Shown: one piece after another, positions 19,919 through 36,631 of the stretch
Layout: each line of letters opens with the position of its first letter
Position numbering within the stretch: position 1 is the stretch's first letter
Assembly: GCA_944342125.1 (NCBI GenBank)
Contig: CALVMF010000001.1
Location: 1 to 61,175 of the forward strand
DNA from: an uncultured Bacilli bacterium
Lineage (GTDB): Bacteria > Bacillota_I > Bacilli_A > RFN20 > CAG-826
Direction of reading: 5' to 3'
DNA: 61,175 nt
Made by a program: the position numbers and the translations under genes
Notes under the pieces: model-generated
What the model was told of the DNA's origin: nothing
Database searches by the model: none
What the model saw: only the letters and a program-made list of their open reading frames with translations

Positions 19919-20642
19919 CTTCAGTAATCTCATTTTTCTCTGTATTTTCTGCGCAATTCTTAGATATTTTTTTGGTTTTTGACTTTTTGTTAGTAGGATA
20001 AACGTCGCTTTTAACTATTGTTACTTTACTTGTTCCATCTTCAGAATAAATAACTTTTTGATCTATTTTAAATTTAGGGTTAGCAGCATAATAGAAAATT
20101 AAAAGAGCACCAGCAATAATTAAGATGACACCAATCAAGATGATAAGCACCATTTTTAAAGTTGAATTATCTGTAGCGTAGTTAAAATAAAGAGTCGTAA
20201 TCCCGAGCGCTAAGAAGAATATTATTGATAAAACATAAATTACAGTTGATAGAACACGCGCTGTTTTGCTAACTAAGCCGATTATTAATTCGATTATAAA
20301 AATTAGAGCAAAAACTAATAGCATTGTGCCTGCAAAAACTGCAAGATATTCTAGGACGATTTCAGGATTTACATAAATTAGCACTGAAAAGGATATTAAA
20401 GCAGCTCCTGTTACGTTTTCTATACTTAAAATACCTTTTACAAATATCATGCCAAACCCAATGGTTAGCACTCCATATAGAAGTATAATGCTGGCGGTAA
20501 TATATCCAAGAGCGTTTTGAACATCTTGAGAACCAGAAAAAATACATAAAACTAAGCCGAAAACAATTAAAAGGCCAGACTGAATTATTTTTACCCATTT
20601 ATAAGAAGTTACATCTTTTTCCGAAACAAGTTTTTTTGCCAT
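19911..20642 (-). CDS. multi-pass membrane protein (HdeD/DUF308-like repeats)
   Basis: About six hydrophobic helices with repeated GxxxxxxG patterns and a hydrophilic C-terminal tail. The family call is from memory only. Confidence 0.5.
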   Translation of the reverse strand: MAKKLVSEKDVTSYKWVKIIQSGLLIVFGLVLCIFSGSQDVQNALGYITASIILLYGVLTIGFGMIFVKGILSIENVTGAALISFSVLIYVNPEIVLEYLAVFAGTMLLVFALIFIIELIIGLVSKTARVLSTVIYVLSIIFFLALGITTLYFNYATDNSTLKMVLIILIGVILIIAGALLIFYYAANPKFKIDQKVIYSEDGTSKVTIVKSDVYPTNKKSKTKKISKNCAENTEKNEITEVK

Positions 20643-20699
20643 ATAAAATTTACCTCTCGAGTATTATTATATTATAGATTGGAAAGCGAGAATTACTAT

Positions 20700-21929
20700 A
20701 TGGATGAACTAAAAATTAGAAATTATGCAAAATTAATTGCAACAGTAGGTGTTAACATTCAAAAAGAGCAAGAAGCTACTATTGTGGCAAATATTGAAAC
20801 TTTTGAATTTGTAAGAATTCTTGTAGAAGAGCTTTATAAAGCTGGGGCATGTTATGTTGATGTGCAATGGTGCGACAATAAAGTCGATATACTCACTAAT
20901 AATAACGCTGAGTTCGATAAAATTTCGCATTTAAATGATATGGAAAAAGCTCGCCACGAGCATAATATTAAATTTAAACCTGCTAGAATTTGGATTGATA
21001 GTGATGACCCACATTCTTTAGATGGCATTGATTTAGATAGAAGAAACAAAGCGCTAGCAATTAGAGGAAAAGAAGTTAGAGCTTATCGAGATCAATATGA
21101 TGAAGAATGCCAATGGTGTATCGCAGGCGTACCATCTAAAAAATGGGCAAAAACAGTTTTTCCTAATTTAACTGAAGAAGAAGCGGTTGAAAAATTATGG
21201 GAATATATTTTAAGAGTTAGTAGAACTTTTGAAGGCGATCCTTTCTTAAACTGGGAAAGGCACGATGCTAATTTAGTAAGACACGCAACTCTTTTAAATG
21301 ATTTAGGACTCGAAAAACTTCATTATACTTCTAAAAACGGAACTGATTTATATATTGAACTTTTAGATAATGTTGTTTGGGAAGCAGGTGGAGAAGTTAC
21401 TAAAACTTCAAAAGTTAGATTCCAACCAAATATTCCTACTGAAGAATGCTTTACTTCGCCAAATAAGTTTAAAACTAGAGGCATCGTTTATTCGACTAAA
21501 CCATTAAATTATAACGGAATCTTGATTGATGAGTTTAGTATCCGTTTTGAAAATGGTAAAGCTGTTGAAGTTCATGCTAAAAAAGGCGAAGAAGCACTTA
21601 AACAAATGATTGGCTTAGAAGAAAACGCTGCATATTTAGGAGAATGTGCTTTAGTCGCATATCATTCGCCAATAAATGAATTAAATACAATTTTCTTCTC
21701 AACTTTATATGATGAAAACGCTGCATGTCATTTAGCTCTTGGCGCAGCGTTTCCAAACTTAGTTAAAGGATATGAAAGTATGAGTAAAGAAGAAATGGAT
21801 AAACTCCCAATAAATAAGTCTATTATTCATACTGATTTTATGATTGGCTCTGAGGATTTAAACATAGTTGGAACGACAAGAGACGGGAAAGAAATACAAA
21901 TCTTTAAAAATGGAGATTGGTGTATTTAA
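20700..21929 (+). CDS. M29-family aminopeptidase (AmpS/PepS-like)
   Basis: N-terminus YAKLIATVGVNIQKEQ, plus EECFTSP, LYDENAACHLALG and HTDFMIG motifs typical of thermophilic metalloprotease M29. Confidence 0.85.
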   Translation: MDELKIRNYAKLIATVGVNIQKEQEATIVANIETFEFVRILVEELYKAGACYVDVQWCDNKVDILTNNNAEFDKISHLNDMEKARHEHNIKFKPARIWIDSDDPHSLDGIDLDRRNKALAIRGKEVRAYRDQYDEECQWCIAGVPSKKWAKTVFPNLTEEEAVEKLWEYILRVSRTFEGDPFLNWERHDANLVRHATLLNDLGLEKLHYTSKNGTDLYIELLDNVVWEAGGEVTKTSKVRFQPNIPTEECFTSPNKFKTRGIVYSTKPLNYNGILIDEFSIRFENGKAVEVHAKKGEEALKQMIGLEENAAYLGECALVAYHSPINELNTIFFSTLYDENAACHLALGAAFPNLVKGYESMSKEEMDKLPINKSIIHTDFMIGSEDLNIVGTTRDGKEIQIFKNGDWCI

Positions 21930-21941
21930 GGAAGGCGAAAA

Positions 21942-23288
21942 ATGAAAAATATTAATGTTAAAGATTACGAGATTAACTCAAAACTTTATAAAAATTTTGA
22001 AGAAACGTACAAAAACGATTTAAAAAATACAATTGTTCGTCATGCATTAAGCAAAAATCCAATTTCTGAAATCGCATATGATAATAAGAACGAAATTAAT
22101 ATCATAAATGATTTTTCAATCAATATAAAAACCTTACCAGTTTGTGATCAAAAGAATAGTGGGAGATGCTGGATTTTTGCGGCTTGTAATTTTCTACGTG
22201 AAAAAATTGCTAAGAAACTTAACTTAGCTAATTTTGAAATTTCACAAAACTATATTGCTTTTTTCGACAAGTTAGAGAAAGCCAATTATTTACTAAGCTC
22301 AATTGTTGATTTAATAGAAAACGATCCTGATGAGAGAGTTTTAATGCATGTTTTGACAAATGGAATCGGCGATGGTGGACAATGGGATATGTTTGTAAAC
22401 TTAATTAAAAAATACGGCATTGTTCCTAAAAACGCCATGAAAGAAACTTTCCAAAGCAGTGCAACGAGTGAATCTACACAATTAATCAATTCTTTATGTA
22501 GACAATTCGCTTTTAAAGCTAAATCAATGTTTGCTCTCGACAAAAAGAGTGATTTATTAACGTTAAAGAACGAGACTTTAGAAAAAATCTACACATTGTT
22601 AGTTAATTGTTTTGGCTTACCACCTTCTACATTTGATTTTGAATACACTGATAAAAATGATGCTTATCATTGCGAGAAAGATTTAACTCCAATTTCATTT
22701 TTTAATAAATATGTTGAGAATATTGATGATTATGTTTCTATTGTCAATGCACCAACTGAAACTAAACCATTTTATAAAATATATACAATTAAGTATTTAA
22801 ATAATGTTATTGAGGGTAAGAATATTATTCATTTAAATTTACCAATGGAAAGATTTAAAGAATTAATAATAAATCAATTAAAAGATGGTGAAATAGTTTG
22901 GTTTGGTAGCGATGTATCATCATATAGAGAAAGAAAGTTAGGAGTGTGGGATGATAATTCTTATGATTATCAATCGCTTCTAGGTTTTGATATGAGTTTT
23001 GATAAAGCAGCAATGCTCGATTTTCATCAATCAGCTATGAATCATGCCATGTGTTTAACTGGCGTAAACATAAAAAACGATAAACCTACAAGATGGAAAG
23101 TTGAAAATTCATGGGGTAAGGATACTGGCAATCAAGGATATTTCATCATTTCTGATTCTTGGTTTGATAAATATGTTTACCAAGCAGTAATTAATAAAAA
23201 ATATTTAAACGAAATTGAACTAGAGTGTTATAAAAATAAGCCAATAGAATTAGACCCTTGGGATCCTTTAGGAACCTTAGCTAATTAA
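21942..23288 (+). CDS. pepC: aminopeptidase C (C1-family bleomycin hydrolase-like)
   Basis: Active-site QKNSGRCWIFA, HAMCLTG, ENSWG motifs, 448 aa. Confidence 0.9.
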   Translation: MKNINVKDYEINSKLYKNFEETYKNDLKNTIVRHALSKNPISEIAYDNKNEINIINDFSINIKTLPVCDQKNSGRCWIFAACNFLREKIAKKLNLANFEISQNYIAFFDKLEKANYLLSSIVDLIENDPDERVLMHVLTNGIGDGGQWDMFVNLIKKYGIVPKNAMKETFQSSATSESTQLINSLCRQFAFKAKSMFALDKKSDLLTLKNETLEKIYTLLVNCFGLPPSTFDFEYTDKNDAYHCEKDLTPISFFNKYVENIDDYVSIVNAPTETKPFYKIYTIKYLNNVIEGKNIIHLNLPMERFKELIINQLKDGEIVWFGSDVSSYRERKLGVWDDNSYDYQSLLGFDMSFDKAAMLDFHQSAMNHAMCLTGVNIKNDKPTRWKVENSWGKDTGNQGYFIISDSWFDKYVYQAVINKKYLNEIELECYKNKPIELDPWDPLGTLAN

Positions 23289-23302
23289 TCTTCTTATATT
23301 TA

Positions 23303-23333
23303 AACTAGAGTTAAGAAATTGACTTTATAAAAA
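23303..23333 (+). repeat. short intergenic repeat, copy 1 (AACTAGAGTTAAGAA-ATTGAC-TTTATAAAAA)
   Basis: Shares 15 + 10 nt with 38960-38984, apart from a 6-nt insertion. Confidence 0.6.
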
Positions 23334-23468
23334 TGATAAAAAATGTAATAATTTTTGTGTGGAAAAATTTTAGAAATGTAATTTTTAATTTCTAAAAATC
23401 TAATAATAGTTTAGTTTTTGCGGAGTTTTTTCAATAATTAGACATTATTAGGAAAGAGAGGTTTAATT

Positions 23469-24083
23469 ATGTGGATTTACATAATAATTCTTGTAGTATT
23501 TTTTGTAATAGTGGTTCTTAAGCTAATTCATTTCGCTGTTAAGAAAAAAGGCTTACAAAAATTTAAAGATTTAAATGCCTACAAGAAAAGACTTGATATT
23601 AAATATGAAAAAATTCCTGATAATCGAGAAGTCATTTATTATTCGAATGGACCTTTAAATATCTACTTTGACCCTAGTAATCAAAACATTTATAAAGGTT
23701 CGACAATAGATGTTCCTGTATATATGGCTAATGATGAAAAGGCAAAAAAAGTTGGGGCAGGATGGCTTTATTTATATATATTCATCGCCATATTATCTTT
23801 TATTGTTATGGCTTTATCTATTGCTTGTTTTACAGCCAATAAAATTGATGAAAGTTTACTCTCGTTCATGAACTATGATTGGTTAGAAACAGTTAAAAAC
23901 ATTTTAATCAATGAATATTTTTTGGTTTCTATCGTTCTTTTCTTCCTTTTAACTATACTTTTTATTGCATTTAACGTTGCGTATCGTAAATTGTTTATCT
24001 TTTTCGTTCCAATTTACGTAGACACGATAAATAACCAAAACTTTGTTAAAGCAATGCAACCTATCTATATTAAACTTAACTAA
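23469..24083 (+). CDS. hypothetical membrane protein
   Basis: N-terminal TM, soluble segment, then 2-3 further TM helices. AGAGAGG SD upstream. No family recognised. Confidence 0.6.
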   Translation: MWIYIIILVVFFVIVVLKLIHFAVKKKGLQKFKDLNAYKKRLDIKYEKIPDNREVIYYSNGPLNIYFDPSNQNIYKGSTIDVPVYMANDEKAKKVGAGWLYLYIFIAILSFIVMALSIACFTANKIDESLLSFMNYDWLETVKNILINEYFLVSIVLFFLLTILFIAFNVAYRKLFIFFVPIYVDTINNQNFVKAMQPIYIKLN

Positions 24084-24086
24084 CGT

Positions 24087-24551
24087 ATGCACATTGAAAA
24101 AATATCTGAAAAAACTATTGAAGACGTTCTCAATTTTCTGAATGCTTCAAAAAAGATAGTTCAATCTTCACAACTAACATTGTCTTCGGAATTTAAAAAC
24201 CTACTTAAGCTTTTCGCTACTTCAAAAAGCAAAAAAGCAGACGATTCATCGACTTATCTTGCTCGTGATGAAGATGGTGCCATAAAAGGAGTTATCGTCT
24301 TAAAAGATAATGGAGAAATTTTGCTTTTAGCTTTAGAAGAAAGTCAAACAGTAAATACTGGAAGAGAATTTTTAGTTGCCTTAAAACAAATGTTTCCAAA
24401 TGAAGCGATAAATATGCTTTGGGCGAATGTTAAAGATGATGACATAAATCTGTTAAATGGTATCGGGTTTAAAACACATAGTTTTTCGTTTGAAAAGGAT
24501 GCAAACGGATCTTATGACAATTATTATTTCCAAGTTAGATATTATTATTGA
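24087..24551 (+). CDS. hypothetical protein, possibly GNAT-fold
   Basis: Pattern YLARDEDGAIKGVIVL...LLLALEE...GREFLVAL...GFK loosely resembles GNAT motifs A/B. Weak call. Confidence 0.4.
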   Translation: MHIEKISEKTIEDVLNFLNASKKIVQSSQLTLSSEFKNLLKLFATSKSKKADDSSTYLARDEDGAIKGVIVLKDNGEILLLALEESQTVNTGREFLVALKQMFPNEAINMLWANVKDDDINLLNGIGFKTHSFSFEKDANGSYDNYYFQVRYYY

Positions 24552-24658
24552 ACTAGGCAATTCTTATTAATGAAAAAAATCAAAAATTAAATCTATTAAT
24601 ATTTATAGATAAAAATAATTAAGGTATAATAATTTCGGTCTTAAAGGAGATTAAATAA

Positions 24659-25963
<1,305 letters not shown>

Positions 25964-25983
25964 TTTGATATTAAAGTAAAAAT

Positions 25984-26010
25984 AAGGAGGTCTTGACTAG
26001 ACCTCCTTTT
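25984..26010 (+). terminator. rho-independent terminator of eno
   Basis: AAGGAGGTC-ttgacta-GACCTCCTT stem-loop followed by a T-run. Confidence 0.85.
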
Positions 26011-26088
26011 ATTATGCAAAATAATTGAGTTTTGCGGTCTTTTAATAGTAAATTCATATTTTATTTGCCTTAAATAACACAATATTTC

Positions 26089-26123
26089 AATGTCTTTATT
26101 ATTCTAAACAATTCAAAGACATT
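26089..26123. promoter_or_regulatory. 9-bp inverted repeat AATGTCTTT-N17-AAAGACATT upstream of the sugar cluster
   Basis: Read directly from the sequence. About 115 nt before the GPH transporter ATG. Confidence 0.3.
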
Positions 26124-26238
26124 AAATTTCTCAATCAATGTTAAGTCAAATTTAACTAGTGTAAATAATTTAGATAAAATCTAATTTATAAGTGTTGAGT
26201 TTGCAAGTATAATATTTTTAATAAGGCAGGGAAATATT

Positions 26239-27783
26239 ATGCTAAAAAACAGAACATTTGAAGGTGAAAATGTCCCTAAATTAACAAAATGGTTATTTTG
26301 TAGTAGCGGGATGTTTCGCGATTTGGTTTACCAATTTGTTAGCATGTTTTTGTTGATGTATGCTCAATATTGTGGAATTGGTGGAACTGAAGACGGTGCT
26401 GATTATATTGCAATGTATAGCACAATCACAGTAATAATTATCATTTTAAGAATCTGGGATGGTTTTAATGATCCAATCATGGGCTTTATAGTTGAAAAAG
26501 TTCATTTTAAATGGGGAAAGTATCGTCCTTGGATATTTTTAGGTGCACTTTTAAGCAGTATAGTGACTATTTTAATGTTTACAACTCAAGTTCATGGATG
26601 GGCTTATGTTGGCTTATTTGCGGTTTTTTATTTTTTATGGGACTTTACTTATACCATGAATGATATCGCTTTTTGGAGCGTGTTGCCTTCGCTATCACAA
26701 AAGGAAAAAGTTAGAGCAAATTTGACAACACTCCTTTCTATTTTTGTTTCAATTGGTAGTTTTGCAGCTGGCGGTCTTGTGCCAATCTTGTCTTCAAGCT
26801 TTGGATATACCATTTCTTATAGATGGTTTGCAATTATCGCTGCGGTTCTTTACTTCTTATCTCAATTAATACTTGTAATCTTCATGAAAGAGAAAAAGAG
26901 AAGTGAAGAAGTTGAAGAAAGTAGCGAAAAAATGAAGTTTAGAGACATTTTTTCGGTTTTAATTAAAAATGATCAGGTCAGAAGTTCGATTGTAGGTATT
27001 TTATTTTACTATACAGGTGCAAGTATTTTAGTAACCTTAGGATTAAATTACTTCTATTTTAATTATGGCTATACGGAAGCAGGCACATATCAGTTACTAT
27101 TTACGATAGTTTACGCTCTTGCAACAATAATTGGACAAGCTTGCTATCCATTACTAGTAAATAAACTTAAACTTCATCGTATGCAGATTTTTTCAGCAGC
27201 TTCTATCGTAACGGTTTTTGGATATTTATGCCTTTTCCTATATATATTTTTAAATCCTGTTCAATTTTTCCCATTATTATGTGTGTTAGGGTTTATAGTC
27301 TTTTTTGCCCAAACATTAATTAGCATGGTTTTATACATAATGATTCAGGATTCAATTGAATACAATGAATACCATTTCAATAAAAGAAGAGAAAGTGCGA
27401 TTTTCTCTTTAAGAGCTTTTACTGCTAAACTTGGTAGTTCATTACAACAAGTTGTTTTATATGTTTCTCTTTTAGCAGGAGCACTTTATGGCATATCTAA
27501 CGAAATTAGCGGAGCAGAAATGGATGCAATTCAAAAGTTTGGAGAAAATGCGACAGAAGTTGGAAACTATGTTGGATCGATTGCTAACTCAATGACTGGT
27601 TATGAAAACGTAGAATTTTGGCAAAGACTCGTATATCAAATAGGATTTACGATTGTTCCTGGACTTTTAATGCTCGCTTGCTTTATTTGGATTAGGAAAA
27701 CTTACCGAATAACTGAAGAAAATCATTCGATTATGGTCGAAAAATTAACGAAGAGGACTGAAAATGAAAACACAAAGCAATGA
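26239..27783 (+). CDS. glycoside-pentoside-hexuronide (GPH) family sugar:cation symporter
   Basis: 12-TM profile. DPIMGFIVEKVHFKWGKYRPW is the GPH signature loop. Confidence 0.85.
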   Translation: MLKNRTFEGENVPKLTKWLFCSSGMFRDLVYQFVSMFLLMYAQYCGIGGTEDGADYIAMYSTITVIIIILRIWDGFNDPIMGFIVEKVHFKWGKYRPWIFLGALLSSIVTILMFTTQVHGWAYVGLFAVFYFLWDFTYTMNDIAFWSVLPSLSQKEKVRANLTTLLSIFVSIGSFAAGGLVPILSSSFGYTISYRWFAIIAAVLYFLSQLILVIFMKEKKRSEEVEESSEKMKFRDIFSVLIKNDQVRSSIVGILFYYTGASILVTLGLNYFYFNYGYTEAGTYQLLFTIVYALATIIGQACYPLLVNKLKLHRMQIFSAASIVTVFGYLCLFLYIFLNPVQFFPLLCVLGFIVFFAQTLISMVLYIMIQDSIEYNEYHFNKRRESAIFSLRAFTAKLGSSLQQVVLYVSLLAGALYGISNEISGAEMDAIQKFGENATEVGNYVGSIANSMTGYENVEFWQRLVYQIGFTIVPGLLMLACFIWIRKTYRITEENHSIMVEKLTKRTENENTKQ

Positions 27784-29410
27784 CTTTAAAAAAAGAGTCG
27801 TATATCAAATCTATCCAGCTAGTTTTAAAGATTCTAATAACGATGGATGGGGTGATTTAAAGGGAATTATCTCCAAACTCGATTATTTAAAAGATTTAGG
27901 AGTAGGAATTTTATGGTTATCTCCTATTTATCCTTCACCAATGGATGATATGGGCTATGATATTTCTGATTATAAAAATATAAATCCTCGTTTTGGAACA
28001 ATGGATGATTTTGACGAACTTATAAAAGAAGCTAGTAAAAGAGACATTAGGATAGTGATGGATTTAGTCATCAATCACACTTCGACTGATCATGAATGGT
28101 TTAAAAAAGCTATTGAAACTCCAGAAAATAAGTATCGTAATTATTATTACATAAAAAAGGGTAAGAATTCTAAGAAACCTCCAAATAATCGGGATAGTAT
28201 GTTTACGGGGTCAGCTTGGAAAAAAGTTGATAATTTACCTGGATATTATTACATGCATTTATTTTGTGATACTCAAGCGGATTTAAATTATCATAACGAG
28301 GAAGTTATTAAAGAAGTCGAAAGCATTTTGAAGTTTTGGTTAGACAAGGGCGTGTATGGTTTTAGATGTGACGTTATCAACCACATATATAAAACTTCTT
28401 TAAAAGATGATCATAGCCGTATTTTATACAATAGGGGCATTAAATATTATGGTACTCAAGATGGGATGTTTAAAATTTTGACAAGATTTAGAACCGAAGT
28501 TTTGGATAACTATGATACATTCTTAGTAGGGGAAACTGGAAATATCACAATTGAGGATGGAAATAGATTTATTAATGAAAGATGCCTTGATACTTTCTTT
28601 GAATTTGACCATTCTGGAGCCGATAAAAATAAATTTATTCCTATTTTAAAAGCCAAATTAAAACCAAAAAGATTGGTTAAGCCAATTTTTAAATGGATAA
28701 AAGGAGTGCCATGGCTAGGCGTCTATTTAGAGAATCACGATCAATTAAGAAGCGTTAATAGATATGGGAATGTCGATAAATATTATAAAGAAAGCGCTAA
28801 ATTATTAGCCTTATTTTTACTTTCTTTGAAAGGGACGCCATTTATCTATCAAGGGGAAGAACTTGGTTGTTTAAACTATCGAGAGTTTTCGATGAGTGAT
28901 TGTAAGGATATCGCGGCAATTACTGCTACTAAGACTGTTGAAAGATTATTAAAATTGAGCGAGAAAAAAGCTTTTAAACTCGTAAATGAAACTACGAATA
29001 GAGACCATGCAAGAAATCCAATGCCATGGAATAAAAGTGTAAATGGCGGATTTAATGAAGGTCATGAAACTTGGCTTAAAGTCAACGATTTATATCAAAC
29101 TATAAATGCTGAAGACGAAGAAAAAGACCCAGACTCAATTTTAAATTTTTATAAAAAGATGATTAAGTTTAGAAACGAAAGCGATGTCTTAAAGTTTGGC
29201 GATTTTAAAGACGAAATTGTAACTAATAAACTTATTACATATTATCGAACTTACCAAAATAAAACCTATCAAATTGTTTTGAACTTTTCTGATAAAATAA
29301 TTAAGTATTGCGGACTTTTGAATTTAAAATTGCTGATTTCTAACTACGAAGCACAAGAAAACTTCAAGACCTTACCACCTTATTTTGCTGGTATCTTTGA
29401 GGTAATTTAA
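27764..29410 (+). CDS. GH13 alpha-glucosidase / oligo-1,6-glucosidase-like
   Basis: VVYQIYPASFKDSNNDGWGDLKG, DLVINHTS, GFRCDVINH, ENHDQ regions of GH13 subfamily 31 type enzymes. Confidence 0.9.
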   Translation: MKTQSNDFKKRVVYQIYPASFKDSNNDGWGDLKGIISKLDYLKDLGVGILWLSPIYPSPMDDMGYDISDYKNINPRFGTMDDFDELIKEASKRDIRIVMDLVINHTSTDHEWFKKAIETPENKYRNYYYIKKGKNSKKPPNNRDSMFTGSAWKKVDNLPGYYYMHLFCDTQADLNYHNEEVIKEVESILKFWLDKGVYGFRCDVINHIYKTSLKDDHSRILYNRGIKYYGTQDGMFKILTRFRTEVLDNYDTFLVGETGNITIEDGNRFINERCLDTFFEFDHSGADKNKFIPILKAKLKPKRLVKPIFKWIKGVPWLGVYLENHDQLRSVNRYGNVDKYYKESAKLLALFLLSLKGTPFIYQGEELGCLNYREFSMSDCKDIAAITATKTVERLLKLSEKKAFKLVNETTNRDHARNPMPWNKSVNGGFNEGHETWLKVNDLYQTINAEDEEKDPDSILNFYKKMIKFRNESDVLKFGDFKDEIVTNKLITYYRTYQNKTYQIVLNFSDKIIKYCGLLNLKLLISNYEAQENFKTLPPYFAGIFEVI

Positions 29411-29411
29411 A

Positions 29412-34665
<5,254 letters not shown>

Positions 34666-34679
34666 GACTTGGAGATTTT

Positions 34680-35342
34680 ATGAACTTTAATGACTTTAAA
34701 TTTAAATTGCAAAGATTCTTCCGAAGAATCCATATAGGTGGCATTGGTGCTGTTGTTTGTACGGCAGATTTGCTACTTGAATTATATTCCTTTGCAATTA
34801 CACTTTTTACTAATCAACTAAATTCAAATAATATTACCAATATTATCTTTTTAGTAATTAATTGTGTATTTGATTTATATCTAGTTCGTTATTTTTTACA
34901 ATCTAAAGAAAATAACAATTTGTCTTTTGCCAAACTTGCCATTATTTTACTCGTAATTGCTAATTATATAATGCCAGCAATATCTAATGCTATTCAAGGA
35001 ATACTTAATTCATCTATTGGAATGGTTCTCTTTTCAATTATTCTTTCTGGAGGTATTTTAGGAATTGTTTATTTCATTCTTTTAGTTTTAGAAAATAAGC
35101 ATATTGGGAAAAGAAACTACTTAATTATGGCAATTTTAGGTGGCATTATGTTTCTTTTTGGCATTGTTCAAGGCGTATTAAACATTATAATGGCTGTCGA
35201 AACTCTCATGATGAGCAGTGATTTATCAACCATTCTTCTTTTCATTTATACATTTTTATCGAGTTTTGTGACGATAGGAATGGGTCTTATTTTCTTTTTA
35301 TTTCCATTATTTACAATCCGCGAACAAAAAAGAGGTTATTAA
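34680..35342 (+). CDS. hypothetical multi-pass membrane protein
   Basis: 5-6 hydrophobic helices. GGAG SD. No family recognised. Confidence 0.6.
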   Translation: MNFNDFKFKLQRFFRRIHIGGIGAVVCTADLLLELYSFAITLFTNQLNSNNITNIIFLVINCVFDLYLVRYFLQSKENNNLSFAKLAIILLVIANYIMPAISNAIQGILNSSIGMVLFSIILSGGILGIVYFILLVLENKHIGKRNYLIMAILGGIMFLFGIVQGVLNIIMAVETLMMSSDLSTILLFIYTFLSSFVTIGMGLIFFLFPLFTIREQKRGY

Positions 35343-35668
35343 CAAATATCATCAAAAGGATTTGGGCTATCAATATCTATAATATCGCGAAGCGGTATTT
35401 CAAAATCGTCAAAAATGACGATTTTTTTGTTTTTATCTAATTTTAAAATTTTTCCAGTATATTTATATAAATATCCATCTAAATATAGCTTAAAATTTAA
35501 TGTCGAATCAGAATAATTTCGAAGAATGTTATCAATTTTTCGAGCTTGTTCAATGCTTACTAAAGGACGAGGAGTCTTATACTTCTCGTATAACATTTTG
35601 TCTAAATAATCGCCTTGCTCTACTAAAGATTGAAAAGGCAACCATTTTTTCATACCTCTATCTGCCAT
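35339..35668 (-). CDS. YolD-like protein
   Basis: N-terminal RGMKKWLPFQSL motif typical of the YolD-like family. 109 aa. Confidence 0.7.
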   Translation of the reverse strand: MADRGMKKWLPFQSLVEQGDYLDKMLYEKYKTPRPLVSIEQARKIDNILRNYSDSTLNFKLYLDGYLYKYTGKILKLDKNKKIVIFDDFEIPLRDIIDIDSPNPFDDIC

Positions 35669-35825
35669 AGTTCAAATATTATAAGGCATAAATTCATCAA
35701 TTTTTAGACTTGAATTTATATCTTTTTAGGTATCATAAAAACAAATTGAAAAATCTAAAATCAACAAAAAGTGAAATGTATTTTAGATTTAAAGCGGAGC
35801 AATTTGCTTTATAATATTTTTCGCT

Positions 35826-36629
35826 ATGAGATTATTTGTTTTTGATGTAGATGGAACTTTAATTAGTCACGGAAATACTAAATTAAAACCACAATTAATA
35901 AATAAGTTGAACGAAATTTTAAGTAATGGCGATGTTATAGCTATTGCAAGTGGAAGGCCATATTCGGGAATAATGAAAATTTTAAGTCAAATAAATGATG
36001 GGAAGAAATTTTGTTTATGTGCAAACGGAACTCAAGTCACCGATATCGAAGGTAATAGTCTATATTTTTGTGGTTTAACTCTTAAAGATTATTTAACTTT
36101 TTGCAAAGTTCACGAAAACATACTAAAGCATCGTAGTTCAAATATTTATTGTTATACAAGTGATAAAATTGCTTATTTAAAAAACAATTTTTGGATTAAA
36201 TTTGAAAAAGAAGCGAACAATTTTGAGGGAATTAATCTTAAAAAGGAAAAATTAGCTGAAGATTATCCAATATTGAAATTTATGATTGCTTCTGGATCTA
36301 GAAGAAGTAAGAGTTTTGATGAAAAGCAAATTAGCGAAGAAGAGAAAATAAAATATCACATCGTTCGAACTTCCCCATATTTTTTAGAATTTATCAATAA
36401 AAAAAGCGATAAGGCTGAAGGTGTTAGATTTCTTAAAGAATATTTAAAAATTCAAGATGAAAATGTTTATACTTTTGGGGATAGTGGAAATGATTTGCTG
36501 ATGATTAAGAATTTTAATGGTATCGCTATGGGTAACGCTATTAAAGAATGTAAAGATGTTGCTAAATTTATAACAAAAGATGTTGGTGAAGATGGAGTAA
36601 TTTACGCAATTGATAATTTTGTAAAATAA
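35826..36629 (+). CDS. Cof-type HAD-IIB phosphatase
   Basis: FVFDVDGTL motif I, SGRP motif II, GDSGNDLLM motif IV. Confidence 0.85.
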   Translation: MRLFVFDVDGTLISHGNTKLKPQLINKLNEILSNGDVIAIASGRPYSGIMKILSQINDGKKFCLCANGTQVTDIEGNSLYFCGLTLKDYLTFCKVHENILKHRSSNIYCYTSDKIAYLKNNFWIKFEKEANNFEGINLKKEKLAEDYPILKFMIASGSRRSKSFDEKQISEEEKIKYHIVRTSPYFLEFINKKSDKAEGVRFLKEYLKIQDENVYTFGDSGNDLLMIKNFNGIAMGNAIKECKDVAKFITKDVGEDGVIYAIDNFVK

Positions 36630-36631
36630 TT

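Noticed and set aside
23341-23397. Direct repeat AAATGTAAT (23341 and 23374) and a 10-bp AT-only hairpin TTTTAGAAAT/ATTTCTAAAA upstream of the 23469 gene.
   Set aside because: The sequence is almost pure A/T. Short matches of this kind are expected by composition, and there is no supporting context.
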